Shown: positions 27,101 to 37,634 of the stretch, one piece after another
Layout of the letters: each line of letters starts with the position of its first letter
Position numbering within the stretch: position 1 is the first letter of the stretch
Origin: Gnetum montanum
Lineage: Eukaryota; Plantae; Gnetophyta
Assembly: GCA_015680685.1 (NCBI GenBank)
Contig: MNCI01002043.1
Location: forward strand, 115,605-179,604
Reading direction: 5' to 3'
Length of the DNA stretch: 64,000 nt
The notes under the pieces: generated by a model
What the model was told of the DNA's origin: nothing
What the model saw: the letters and a program-made list of their open reading frames with translations, nothing else
Databases searched by the model: none
Made by a program: the position numbers and the translations under genes

Positions 27101-30100
27101 TACCCGAGCAAAATATAAAATATGAAACATAAATAAACCAACCTTTTTGTCTCTTTGCTTGTCTTTGCTCCAATGAAGGTCGATTCTTTGCAAGAGCCAC
27201 AGTGATCTTTCTTCCATCAATTACTAGTCCATTTTTTGATTCAATAGCATGTTTTGCATCTTCTGCAGTAGCACTAGGCAACATAACACAGCAAGTTTTC
27301 TCATTCATCTGAAAATTTTCAAGTTTAATAAAACCATATATTTCTTGATTGGAACGATGCTGTCAGAAACATAAATAAAATTGAAAATTCATATTGTACA
27401 ATTAACTTTACCAAGATGAATACTTGAAAGTTTAGAAATATTAAGCTGTTCTAGTTCCCATAATCCAATTTTTCAATTGTCAATATTATTTTAAATGGGT
27501 ATATATCATCTAAGCATTATAATCAAAGCTCTAATATATTTGCAGCCAGTCTAGAAATAATAATACAGAAAAAAAATATTCACCCTTGTTGTACCGGCAT
27601 ATTCATAATTATGTTTTAGAGCATCCAACTAGTTTCAAAGAATCAGGCAATGAAGTCAAATTCCAATTATTTCTGTTCTTTCAAAGTTCATAGATCATAT
27701 GTGCTAGCAACACACTTCAAATTGGGTCATGTTCTGGCAAATCCACTGCCAAGCTGTTCTTATGCAATAATGTTTCATCCAATTACACATTTAAACAAGT
27801 TTCATCGATCTGGGTGATGGACCTATAATATCCGATCAATTCTGAAAATTCTTATGTTTGGTCTAAATAATAAATATAATGTTTTCCATCATTTCCAAAC
27901 TACGACTCAGAATAAAGCATCAATATCACAGCCTTGGGTCAAGATTAAGTACAAAAACATTGTGATTTCAATGACATGAACTTAGGTTATGATCTAATGC
28001 ACTGCTAGTGATTTTTAAGAGCTAAAAAGAAGCTGTATTAATAATAATTTTTTAGTGTGCAAGCTGAAAATTGATAGGATATAACATTAAAATTGAAATT
28101 AGCATGTCTATGGAAATTATCACATTTTTATCTCAATAGGTCTCAAACTGCAGCTGTCCATTCAAAATGCTTGAACAAATGAAGAAAGCAATCACCATTC
28201 AAACTCTTTTTGTTGCACCTAATTGTTGAACTTGATATCCATAACAATTAATAAATCATATTTGCAAGGTTTATATATTGTTAAGCTCTCTTCAAATCAT
28301 ATTTGCAAGGTTTATGTATTGTTATCAGTTCACCGTTTACAAGAAAGACTCAACAAACCACTCAGATCATCAAAACAAATATAAACCTCATAATAGGTGG
28401 GAGCTATCCTTTTAGTAAGGTTACACCATGATTGTGAAACTGGAATGCCCAAATCTACCCCTATAACAGGATTTAAATAGCAAGTAGTATAATAGCACCT
28501 TAAGACCTACAATTTTTAAACCACAATATTCACCATGTCCTCACCATACCATTGATAAGCATGTTGAGAATGAATAAATATCATGATTCAACTTTCCTTC
28601 CATGATATCAATTGCTCTGCTGTACAGGAATGTCACTGGCTTACATCAGTAGATTTGTAGTAAATAAGGCTGGATCTATGTTATACACACACTGTTATGC
28701 AAAACTGGTTGAGTTAGTTATAAACTTGTCATTAAACTATCTCTAGTTTTCAGGTCACAAGTTCAATTAGTAAGTTCATTTAATGTTAGAAAACATATTG
28801 TAAAATATTTGCAAACAAATATTTATTTTCATAAACATCTTTATATTGATGTCCTAATAAGAAATTCTCCCTAATGAATGAAGGAATAAATCCTTAACCT
28901 ATCCCAAGCATATCTGTACGAGGCAATAATTATAATTGATGTAATTCTGTTTACTTGTATTTTCAAGGCTCAGCACGGTTATTGTATTTATAGAGTTATT
29001 TCAAAAATGTTATGGAAATCAAAGGGTGAGCATTGTGGTAAGCTGTTGGCAGCATCAGCTCATGGAAAAAGAAGTTCAAGACTTCATACTCTTAAAAGAT
29101 GAGAGCCAATTAGTAGGAAGCAATGGAACACTATAGGTCTTGAGACAAGAGATCAACTGACTAGTAGAACTGAGAACATTTTGTTGACTTTCTGTTACAT
29201 ATCAATCTCAAAGAAAGATACTTTCCAACCATCCTTAACCCATGATGCTAGTCGAATGTTTTAACAAGGTGAACTCTACTAGCATAAAGGATGTTGAGGC
29301 TGCTACAAAACAGTGCTGCACTTTTACTTGGACTAAACCGTTTCTGTTTGTTCATTTAATGTTTGTACACATCATAAATAGGTAGATACTTCCTGAAAAC
29401 ACAACCAATGAATATGACTCTTTCCTTGAAAACAAAACAGTGAAATTTCACATTTATTTCATTATCATGTTTTGCATTTTCTTTTTTTAATTAACATTGA
29501 TGAAATTTAAAATAGTATTTAAGAAGACGTCAAAACCTTGTTCCAACACAGCTAATGCTATGTGGTAGCTCTGTTGGTACTAATCGTACACAGGTTAACC
29601 AATCTTCCCAGAAGACAATTGCATATAAGCAGTCCACCACTAACGCATTATGTATAAACCATACAGTTCCACAGCTTGTTTGGAACAAACCCAAGAGGGG
29701 CTATCAGACACACCCTGATCCTGGTTTCCTTACAAGCCCAGGTGAGGCTGGTTTTATGGCTTAACAGCTAACTCTCCAACAAGCTTAAGCCGTTAGTATA
29801 GTAATTAAAGTGTGCATCATGTGCTTAGAGCTAGCATAGAAGCCACACTAATATTTTCTCAAAAAACACAATTGTTGCACTGTTATATTTTACTCTGGTA
29901 AAACAACCAAAGAAAGCACCTTCAATGAAACTAGACAAAAATAAGAAATGCAATTACAGAAAAGTAATTGGCTTACAACTGAATGAATGCAATGCCATGA
30001 TGACGATCAGAGCCTGTTCATAAGAAACAAAGACATTAACAATGGAAGTAAGTGATTCTGTCATTTATGGATTTTCATAATTCACACACAAAATAACAGA

Positions 30101-30422
30101 TATTAACTAACCTTTCGGCTTTACAATGAAGCAACGCCTGACTGGTCCAATGTCACTAAAGACTTGTTCAAGCTAGAATAACATTAGTGGAAAATAACAT
30201 TAAACTCAATGTAATTAATTAAACTCTTTGTCAGAAATACAATTAAATACAAGTTAACAAGGACACAAGGAAGCCAAATTTGTATTTAAAAACTCATTAT
30301 TTGAAAGATACCTGGGAATCGGTGAAAGAAAATGGCAGATTCTTCACAAACAATGTTTTCAAATGATGAGAAAGACCATCTCCACTTTCATGCATTGCAG
30401 AGGCTCTCTTCCTCTTGCCCAT
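6025..30422 (-). CDS. RBM28: RNA-binding protein 28 / Nop4-like nucleolar multi-RRM protein; spliced gene with 17 coding exons, about 755 aa
   Basis: Exons join in phase: 30312-30422, 30112-30172, 29977-30013, 27143-27273, 26900-26995, 26580-26661, 10550-10683, 10200-10390, 10022-10104, 9877-9931, 9675-9774, 7877-8360, 7499-7697, 7292-7362, 6474-6642, 6258-6381, 6025-6164. RRM motifs [52 protein letters not shown]. Nop4-type signatures [43 protein letters not shown]. The 3' end is less certain. Confidence 0.92.
6258..6381 (-). CDS. RBM28: RBM28 exon 16 ([25 protein letters not shown])
   Basis: Last RRM, RNP1. Confidence 0.92.
6474..6642 (-). CDS. RBM28: RBM28 exon 15 ([20 protein letters not shown]...)
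   Basis: Within ORF 6369-6674. Confidence 0.92.
7292..7362 (-). CDS. RBM28: RBM28 exon 14 ([22 protein letters not shown])
   Basis: TAG/GTAAG boundaries; conserved EGLI motif. Confidence 0.88.
7499..7697 (-). CDS. RBM28: RBM28 exon 13 ([10 protein letters not shown]...DHRNLYLTQ)
   Basis: AAG acceptor, GTGAG donor. Confidence 0.9.
7877..8360 (-). CDS. RBM28: RBM28 exon 12 (acidic linker plus start of next RRM)
   Basis: Within ORF 7615-8388; TAG/GT boundaries. Confidence 0.9.
9675..9774 (-). CDS. RBM28: RBM28 exon 11 (AISSING...[11 protein letters not shown])
   Basis: CAG/GTAAC boundaries; ORF 9586-9783. Confidence 0.9.
9877..9931 (-). CDS. RBM28: RBM28 exon 10 ([18 protein letters not shown]), followed by a GC donor
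   Basis: RNP1 motif; donor ATG|GCAAGT. Confidence 0.85.
10022..10104 (-). CDS. RBM28: RBM28 exon 9 ([22 protein letters not shown])
   Basis: CAG/GT boundaries; RRM helix. Confidence 0.9.
10200..10390 (-). CDS. RBM28: RBM28 exon 8 (LARDGC...[26 protein letters not shown])
   Basis: Conserved motif; ORF 10170-10412. Confidence 0.92.
10550..10683 (-). CDS. RBM28: RBM28 exon 7 ([12 protein letters not shown]...ELQSHG)
   Basis: TTTCCAG acceptor, GT donor, phases match neighbours. Confidence 0.85.
11690..12930 (-). mobile_element. Ty1/copia pol remnant (integrase C-terminus/SH3 region; possible RT scrap near 11700)
   Basis: Minus-strand translation [16 protein letters not shown]...FGCYC...[27 protein letters not shown]...RDVSFIED at about 12630-12925. 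Confidence 0.7.
13640..14150 (-). mobile_element. 3' end of a non-LTR retrotransposon (RTEX/L2-like C-terminal zinc finger)
   Basis: [16 protein letters not shown]...[17 protein letters not shown] matches the RxxxHxLxIETG..CxxC..EDExH motif. Confidence 0.55.
15200..15900 (-). mobile_element. Possible decayed LINE ORF1 fragment
   Basis: Scattered VLLGRV motif and [16 protein letters not shown] zinc-knuckle-like motif; heavily degenerate. Confidence 0.3.
15950..16880. mobile_element. Non-autonomous long-TIR (MULE/foldback-like) element
   Basis: About 15950-16190 is the diverged reverse complement of about 16645-16880; inner match CTGTGATGGATT (16265) to AATCCATCACAG (16597); TSD not resolved. 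Confidence 0.7.
16967..22065 (+). mobile_element. Ty3/gypsy chromovirus (CRM-like), internally deleted, with truncated 3' LTR
   Basis: 5' LTR 16967-17996; PBS TGGTATCGAAGC (tRNA-iMet-like); gag from 18064; knuckle CFKC...WEC; protease LIDGGAQEN; integrase tail [14 protein letters not shown]; chromodomain [17 protein letters not shown]; PPT 21579-21593; 3' LTR from 21594 matches the 5' LTR for about 470 bp. Confidence 0.9.
22070..26379 (+). mobile_element. L1-clade LINE, decayed ORF2 (endonuclease end, RT, zf-RVT) plus C-terminal extension, 3' UTR and A-tail
   Basis: [54 protein letters not shown]...ETTLHF..C, WCLWK.HN; ends TTAATATAT...CTCAAAAGAAAAA. Confidence 0.88.
26580..26661 (-). CDS. 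RBM28: RBM28 exon 6 (...PKASGGQR)
   Basis: TAG/GT boundaries; phase 2 joins exon 7 to give [12 protein letters not shown]. Confidence 0.8.
26900..26995 (-). CDS. RBM28: RBM28 exon 5 (linker)
   Basis: CAG/GTAGG boundaries, 96 nt open in the required phase. Confidence 0.7.
27143..27273 (-). CDS. RBM28: RBM28 exon 4 ([29 protein letters not shown]...)
   Basis: End of RRM1; within ORF 27093-27308; TAG/GT boundaries. Confidence 0.9.
29977..30013 (-). CDS. RBM28: RBM28 exon 3 ([13 protein letters not shown])
   Basis: 37-nt exon, CAG/GTAAG boundaries, RNP1 motif. Confidence 0.85.
30112..30172 (-). CDS. RBM28: RBM28 exon 2 ([20 protein letters not shown])
   Basis: AG/GT boundaries, phase 0 to 1, RRM1 sequence. 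Confidence 0.88.
30312..30422 (-). CDS. RBM28: RBM28 coding exon 1 (MGKRKR...[16 protein letters not shown])
   Basis: ATG at 30422, acceptor TTTTCAG just upstream (30431), donor CAG|GTATCT; RNP2 motif. Confidence 0.88.
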
Positions 30423-31142
30423 TAGAGAACCTGAAAAGGAACAAACGCGGCTCTTCAAAAGTCAATGCAAAGCCTTTTAATCTCATCATAGGCTTGGCCC
30501 TAAGCAGAAAAGCATCATTCTTGTTGTTCTCGCACAGGCATCCTCGCATGCTTTAGGATGTAATTCATTGATTTCATGGTTTAACATTAGAGAACTTTTT
30601 AAAAATAGGACAGGTAAAATTAAACATTAAAAGAGAAACTGACGTCCAATTTTTCATTGAACTATCTTGAAAAGTAGTTTTAATAAAATCAGCAATTAAA
30701 ATGGTGCCACACAAAGGCTGCCCTTAAAACACATTAAATTTCAAAATTTAAGCAATTACATACAAGAGGGCTGACCTATGTAGGTGTGCTAACACAGTGA
30801 TAGCTGTGCCAATACATAAGCAAATCATTGCAATGAGAATGCAAGCAACTACAATAGTGTAAAAATGTGTGGTTGTGTTGAGTAATGCTACTATTAGTAA
30901 GTTATTATCGTACCCAAACTTTTCGTTGGTTTCTTCTATTGCCTCATTATATCCTATTCTTCACTTTTCTTCATGCATACAACCTGAGATTTGACACCCT
31001 TGTTGCTTATAAAAATGCTAAGGAATTAATAACATTCACTTTCTTACAAAATATTTATAGCAATTTTCAAAAGAATAAATTCGAAAGGAAAGTTTTTTGT
31101 ATTATTAAAAAAGAAATTTAAAATTTCACCTCTAAAGGTAGG

Positions 31143-31251
31143 TCTAATTTTTCCCCTAAAAGAAAGCCCTAAGCCTTCAAAGTTGACCCTTGGTCATGAC
31201 TCTGATTGCTGGTTCAAATTTCTTCCCTTGAAAAGAGAGATCTAGCCTTTT
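31143..31251. repeat. About 108-bp repeat, inverted partner of 33565-33673
   Basis: Direct comparison, about 8 mismatches. Confidence 0.9.
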
Positions 31252-32731
31252 GAAGTTCATCACTACTGGCAATTCTGCTTGCCAGCTCACAAATTCACCA
31301 ACAAATCTCAAAAACTTGATGGGAAATCCGCTGGACAGACCCAACTCAGATCAGCCCTCATTCTAAACCAGGAACTAATTGCTAAATCGGCAATTAATCA
31401 CCAATTTAAAATAAAGTACTTATCTATAACTCAACTATATATCATTAATAAAAAGATATCATTTTATGCGTTTTTTTAAAGCATCTATGTAAATAAGGTT
31501 GCACTTAAACTTCAAAAGTTCAAAAATTCAAACTGCACACAAACCAGAGATTTATCTACTAACCAATGTAGCAAGTACAACAGGCTGGCTGGCTCAACTG
31601 AGGAGTTGAAACAAATTTTGTCATTACCGATTCACTTTTTCTTGGTCGGTTCCTATGCCCACAATGCACTTGTTAAATCACTATCATACAATATTAATGA
31701 TGACATTCCCGGTGCCTAGTGGTGAGACAAACCGGGATTTTGAAGAATTTAAAGTCAATGATTCCTGGAATTTCAACTTGTGAATGCTGACAACCCTCCA
31801 AATTCATAACAGGCTCCTAGCACTTACCGCCACAAGAATTCTTTGCTGTTACTGTTCATATGTACAAAAACATTTTTAAAGCAGAATTGTCAAAGCTAAT
31901 TAACTGCTAATTGTATGAAGACACATGCCTGTAAAACTCAGACTTAACTAACTGTTAATGATGTATTCTGTTCAACAAAGAGTTACACTATCAATTTGCA
32001 ATACTACATACCTAGAAGATACATATGGCCTTGAGCCCTTAGGTTCTTTCTTTTGTAAGTACCTTATCTAGCATAAAAAATTAAAAAGTGAGCTTTGTTT
32101 TCAATTTTGCAGACAACCCTGTTGTGCAACTTTGCAGAAACATAATTGGGAAATGTCAGTCCTTCGTGCAAAAAATACAAAATCAGTCATCCAAGGAATA
32201 TACACTCCAAACGGTAAAAACCAATAATCCCTTGAAGCCGATAACAAGCATCTTGTAATGATCAGATGGTAGAGAAGCTTCTAGATAGAAACACAAGGGT
32301 AAGGCTCCTAGATCGGATGTGAAGCAGAAAATGAAGAAACTGACTACCTCCTTTTTCTATTATTTACAGTATCTCTACAGTTTCAGAAGGTGAGTTTCTC
32401 AGTTCCAAATGAACTTGCAGTTTCGCAGATTGCCAACTTACGGGTTCATCTGTTAAATTTGGTGAACTTTTTTAATCCGAATGTGTTTGAAAAAATCGAT
32501 TGTCTATTACGTTTGAAAAAATCTATTGTTTATTACGAGAATGACATCTGTGAACTCTATTTGAATCCAGCCACTGTACAGTTTCAAAATCAAATTTTAA
32601 AACATCAAGCACCCAAAAAAACAATTTACAATAATCCATGTAGCGGACTCGCTGCGCTGCTTTCTTATTTTTGGTTACGGTGAAATAACATTGTAGCCCG
32701 TCTAACATAGCATTAGAGTAAACGCACTAAC

Positions 32732-32910
32732 CTTTCTTTTGAGAATAATGAAGAACGAAGTCGTTAATAAAACCCTGTACAGCTAAACCCTGAGAACGAG
32801 GAAATACAGTAACTGAAGCTGCCAGTATGCGCTGAAACCTCCCACGGCCTCGCTAAAAATAATTTTCGTAAAACACAATTACAGTGTCACTTTCAGCTTC
32901 CCTCGTTGCC
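32732..32910 (-). promoter_or_regulatory. Probable non-coding first exon / TSS region of RBM28 with telo-box-like AAACCCT motifs
   Basis: Minus-strand donor AAG|GTTAGT at 32731; CpG-richer island; AAACCCTG at 32770 and 32785; an acceptor 8 nt before the ATG implies an upstream UTR exon. Confidence 0.5.
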
Positions 32911-33339
32911 TTCTTGTAGTGTGTAACGGGTCTTCAGGGTATAGCGTGTGCAAACATAATTTTAGTGGTCGCCAAAAACATGTGATTCAAGAAGACGGTT
33001 TTGGTGTGAATTATAAAGGTTTAAAGTAATAAAAACTGTTATGACATCGTATTAGGTAAGCATTGTTAACTTGGCTAAGGTAAACAGCCATTGGTTTGTT
33101 AACTTGTTAAAGTACGCGGAAGGGCCAGGTTTGATTTGATGGACACGTTTATCTAATAACATCCTTATGTAAGTTCTATGTCATAAGGGTTTAAAAAAAA
33201 TGGTATGGCAGAGAAGCCCAATCCTTTTCTTCTTGCTAAGGCCAAATAAGCAAAAGTTTATCTTATTTTCAAACTTAAGTCTCAATGTATTGAGAAAAAA
33301 AAATCTTTAAAAGATCATTACTTGAAGCCACAATACTCA

Positions 33340-33470
33340 TGCTGCTAAGCCAAGTCCCGAGAGGTTAGTAGATGAGCGAAAGCTTAATCTATTCATGTGG
33401 CTGCGCTTAGACTTGAACCTAGGTCTTTGACTTGAAAAACAAATACCTTCCCATCACTCCAAATGACTGT
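33340..33470 (-). mobile_element. Possible decayed tRNA-derived SINE
   Basis: B-box-like GGTTCAAGTC on the minus strand at about 33410; no cloverleaf. Confidence 0.3.
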
Positions 33471-33564
33471 CCCAAAACAAATATCTTACATGACTTCAAA
33501 TAATAACCCTTTACCATAAGGATAGATGTAGTTAAATAATTTTAATTTTAGCAAGTAGAAACTA

Positions 33565-33673
33565 TAAAAGGCTAAATCTCTCTTTTCAAGGGAAGAAATT
33601 TGAACCAATAATCAAAATCATGACCAAGAGTCAACTTTGAAGGCTTAGGGCTTTCTTTTAGGGCAAAAATTAG
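33565..33673. repeat. About 108-bp repeat, inverted partner of 31143-31251
   Basis: Direct comparison, about 8 mismatches. Confidence 0.9.
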
Positions 33674-35146
33674 AGCATAAGTAATGTCAACCCCCAAAAA
33701 CATAAACTTTATCAACAAGATAAATTTAGAGAGGTATAATAATGGTAAAATAGCCATAGGGTTGTTGGAATCTAAAACATTTTTTTTAACAATATTTTTT
33801 TAAAATGGTGTTAGCCTAGTGGTAAGACATTTAATTTGGCAATTCCAAGTCTCAAATGAAATTCTAGTGGGCAATGCTAAATTATAAAGTTCTAATTGGA
33901 CTATATATTTTTGGGTGTACCTATATTTCAATTATTTAGTAAAATCATAGTTGAACTTCAACATAAGATCAAAGGAAAGACACCAACAATTTTGAGATAC
34001 CTTTTTCAACTTTTCATCCTTGCAACCAATTCTAAAAAACCTCTTCCTTAAGCTAAAAAATGATCAAACCTTCCTTGCAACCAATCCTTAAAAAACCTCT
34101 TCTCTAAGCTAGGAAATGATCAAATCTTACCCTTGCTCTCAAATTTTCATCTCCTCCTAAGAGGTTTCATATAAAAATAAAATAAAAATTATAAATAAAC
34201 ATACTTAAGGCTGTGCATGACTTATAGCATGATGTCTATATTATTATTAACAACCTATGTCTTGTTTGGTTATGTGAATCCATGGTCTACCTATTTGAAA
34301 AATAATAATAGAAATAGTGGGCCTTACACGAACATAAAAACTTATCAAATAAAACTTTAAATAATCACTTGAAACCAAACAATTTTCTAAACATAATAAA
34401 TTAAATATGATAAGCAAAATATGGAGAAACAACCCCTAAAAATTCCAGTAACCAACACACCCACCCTTAAATAATACACAAGGATGCCTCGTAATGAAGG
34501 GCGTGATCTTCTTGGTAAGGCAATGAAGTGATCGGCAAAGGTAGTAAATGACGTCCTGGACTGGGTGCTGCTCATGAAGTATTTTTTTGGCTTTAACTAA
34601 ATATATTTACAAATCAACAAGAAAATAAATAAATCGAAAAGCAGAAGTAAACATTGCTTACCACTGACAAGCTGTTAGTAAACTTGTTGCAGTGGACCAA
34701 GTCTTGCGAGCAGTTGAGTGGAATGAAATTCCTTTTCTGGCTAATCTTTCGCCAAGCCGAATGTGATGCAAGATCGATGGAAATGGCTTTGTTTGTTTGC
34801 TACTGTATACGCCCAGTGTTGATCAGTCTGCGTACCCCCAATTCGTTTCCGCCGCTAAAAATTGAGAATGATATAGTCTTGAATCCGTGTGATGATCTAA
34901 TGGGCTGAAAACGTTCACAAGAAAACCCCACCTTAGTCATTATGAATATATTTTCTTTTTATAAATATTTTGGAGGTGTTGGAGGTTAAAAGAAATAAAA
35001 CTAATATTAAAAATTAGAAAAAGTTTAAATAAAAAGTTTACTAATTTTGGGATGTTTTTTCATGTTTTTATCCTTATAATCAATCTTGAAAAACCTTTTT
35101 ACTTGAGTAGGAAAAGCAAAGGTGGGTGTTGGAACCAGAAAGAATA

Positions 35147-35449
35147 GTAATATTGTAACAACGTTGCCCCGACGTTGCTCGGCACCCTAAGGAATTCACA
35201 AAGATCCAATGGATCTGGGGCGGAAGACCTGGGGAATACGCCTCCAAGCAAGCAAGCAACTCACAAGTGTGTGCAAGCAGAAGCATAGCTTCTGAATGCA
35301 CACGACCACGCACCTCGTGGAGGGAAACCAACTCCAAAACAAGAACCATACAAACAAGCGCATACACACAACCTTGTAGACAACACCGGTGAGAGGGAAG
35401 ACGATGCACCTACAAGGGAAGGTGCCTCACCCCCAGACCCCTCACGATC
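35147..35449. mobile_element. GC-richer LTR-like fragment starting TGTAAC, running into an assembly gap
   Basis: TGTAACAACG terminus, composition shift, interrupts the foldback arm. Confidence 0.35.
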
Positions 35450-35897
35450 NNNNNNNNNNNNNNNNNNNNNNNNNNNNNNNNNNNNNNNNNNNNNNNNNNN
35501 NNNNNNNNNNNNNNNNNNNNNNNNNNNNNNNNNNNNNNNNNNNNNNNNNNNNNNNNNNNNNNNNNNNNNNNNNNNNAAAAAAAAAACTCTCTCTAAAGAT
35601 AAAAAAATACATCAATCAGAAATAAAGAGCAAATAACAACAAAAGCTAAAAGTTTCCCATCACGAAGCATCCAAAACAAAAAGAAATTAATACTATAAAA
35701 AACAAATTAATTGTTTAACTTTCATGAAAAGCTTTTTTTGCTTGAAGTTGTAGCTAAAAGGCGACACCCTTGAGAATCTTTATTTGAAAATATCTTCAAC
35801 TGCTTGTTCTTTGCTGCTTGTCTACTTCCTTTCTTTACATTTAGAAATACCTTTGCCCACTTGTTCTCTACTCTATTTGGAAGCTTCAGTGTGGAGT

Positions 35898-36783
35898 TGA
35901 TGAAATGTCAAAGTGTCATGTCGACGGGCCACCACCAACTTGGCCTCATTGACGAGCCTCTATCAACAGTGCCATGTTGACGTAGCATTTGTTGTGTTTA
36001 TGAGGCCCCATTGACGTAGCTCCACAATAAAGTCTATAAATACAACACTCCCGCTATGTAAAAGGAGTTTTTGGAATAACTTAGCAAAGTTCTTACAGTT
36101 TGTTCATTTTGAGAGTTAGAATATTTTTTGAATGCTGCAATAGAAGTCAAAAAGTGTATGGATCTTTATTTGAGCACAGATGTGCCTGAGCACAATAATG
36201 TGAAAAACAATAAAGACAAGCCTTTTGATCAAACCTTGCAACACTTGGAATAGATTAATGATTTATTTCTACATTTATTGATTTCATTAATTACATAATT
36301 AATTAAGATAAGCAAGACTTTAATTAATTAACTAATTAAGCTAAATATATTAAACACATAAGTACGACTGCTTTGAGCATAACATAAGGCACTTGATAAT
36401 CCCAATAGCGCTTAATGCTTGGTAACCCAACAATGTTGTATGCATTCAAGATGTGTGTGGAAAGTGGGACCAAATGCTTATGTTAGGATTGTTAGTTATT
36501 GATTAGCAATCAAATTATTAAATTGGTTAATAAATTGAGTTTCAACTTGTTATCAATTGTAGGAGAATAAAATATAGAATAATAAAAATCATGTGTCCTA
36601 ATTACACTTAACCATACAACTAAGCTTCACAAGTGTAGTTGGGAAGACAACAATTTTCACAATTAGATTTCACTTCCTAGAACCAATGTACTCTGGCACT
36701 CAAGGTTTGCAAAATTTGATCAAATTGCACATGAACACTTGTAATTCATATAGTTGGGCACAGGGTATAGTCATCATTCATTG
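35898..36783 (+). mobile_element. Solo LTR of the Athila-like family
   Basis: TGATGAA start, TATA CTATAAATACAACAC, 3' part similar to 2750-2926, TSD GGAGT/GGAGC. Confidence 0.75.
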
Positions 36784-37634
36784 GGAGCTATTTTCTAGTA
36801 ACAAGAGCATAACTATGACCTCTTTTCAAGAGTCAAATACCATATTCTTAAATATGTCACTTTTTAACTATAACTTCACGTAAAAAAAATTTCCCATGAA
36901 AGCTAAACAATTAATTTGTTTTCCCTTGTATTGATTTCTTTTTTGTTTGAGAGGTTCAAGGATGGAAAGCTTTTAGTTTTTGTTGTTGTTTGTTCTTTAT
37001 TTCTAATTAATGTATTTTTTTTATCTTTAAAAAGAGTTTTTTCTTTCTCTTCACTAGAAACCCTTTAGCAAGAAGCTAAAACCCATCAGGATGCTTTTGA
37101 ATAAGGACAAGGCTTAATCCTTTTCCTACCCCAGAGGAGAGGTTTTTCAAGATTAGTTGTAAGGATGAAAACCTAAAAAGGCATCCCCAAAATTGTTGGC
37201 CTTTTTCTTTAGATTGTTTTTTCAATGATTTGATGTACTCTAAATTTTTTTAATATTATTATTCATTTCTTTGGGATCTAATGCCCCCCTTCCCCTATCC
37301 CAAATGAATTCTAATTAAAAAGTTGGTTTTAAAAAAACAAAATAAAATTGTTATTAATGGATTTCTTGTAAAGAGAAAGAGAAAAGCTTCTCTAAACACA
37401 AAAGAACACATCTATCAAAAATAATGAACAAATGACAATAGAAATTTGAATTTGGTTATTTAAACCTATTCATGTTATTTTTTTTTACTAGGAAAACTTA
37501 ATCACTTATGCTAGTTAGTAAGTTAATGATCTTTAAAATAATTACGGGATTACTTAGAGGTATGGGAAGCTCCCCAAGCCAACATACTTTCATATAAATT
37601 AGGTAATAAGATAATGGAAATAATGTAAGGTTAC

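Larger units (their letters stand above)
34985..37270. mobile_element. AT-rich foldback/long-TIR element interrupted by later insertions
   Basis: 35577-35790 is the reverse complement of about 36830-37041, and about 34985-35120 of about 37115-37270; a related copy lies at about 33980-34130. Confidence 0.65.

Noticed and set aside
28253-28324. 31-bp tandem duplication in intron 3
   Set aside because: Ordinary slippage or repair duplication with no other signal.
32390-32708. Short ORFs upstream of RBM28
   Set aside because: Non-ATG or weak starts, intron-like composition, no recognisable motifs.
27274-32731. Intronic C/D-box snoRNAs in RBM28
   Set aside because: No properly spaced C and D boxes with terminal stems found by eye on the sense strand; a snoRNA scan would be needed to exclude them.
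32760-32910. Telomerase RNA (template-like CTAAACCCT plus stem)
   Set aside because: No USE (TCCCACAT)/TATA Pol III promoter upstream and no recognisable conserved 5' G-rich stem or terminator; a telo-box explanation is simpler.
33805-33870. tRNA gene (A-box-like TAGCCTAGTGGTAAG)
   Set aside because: No T-arm GTTC or acceptor stem; at most a SINE relic.
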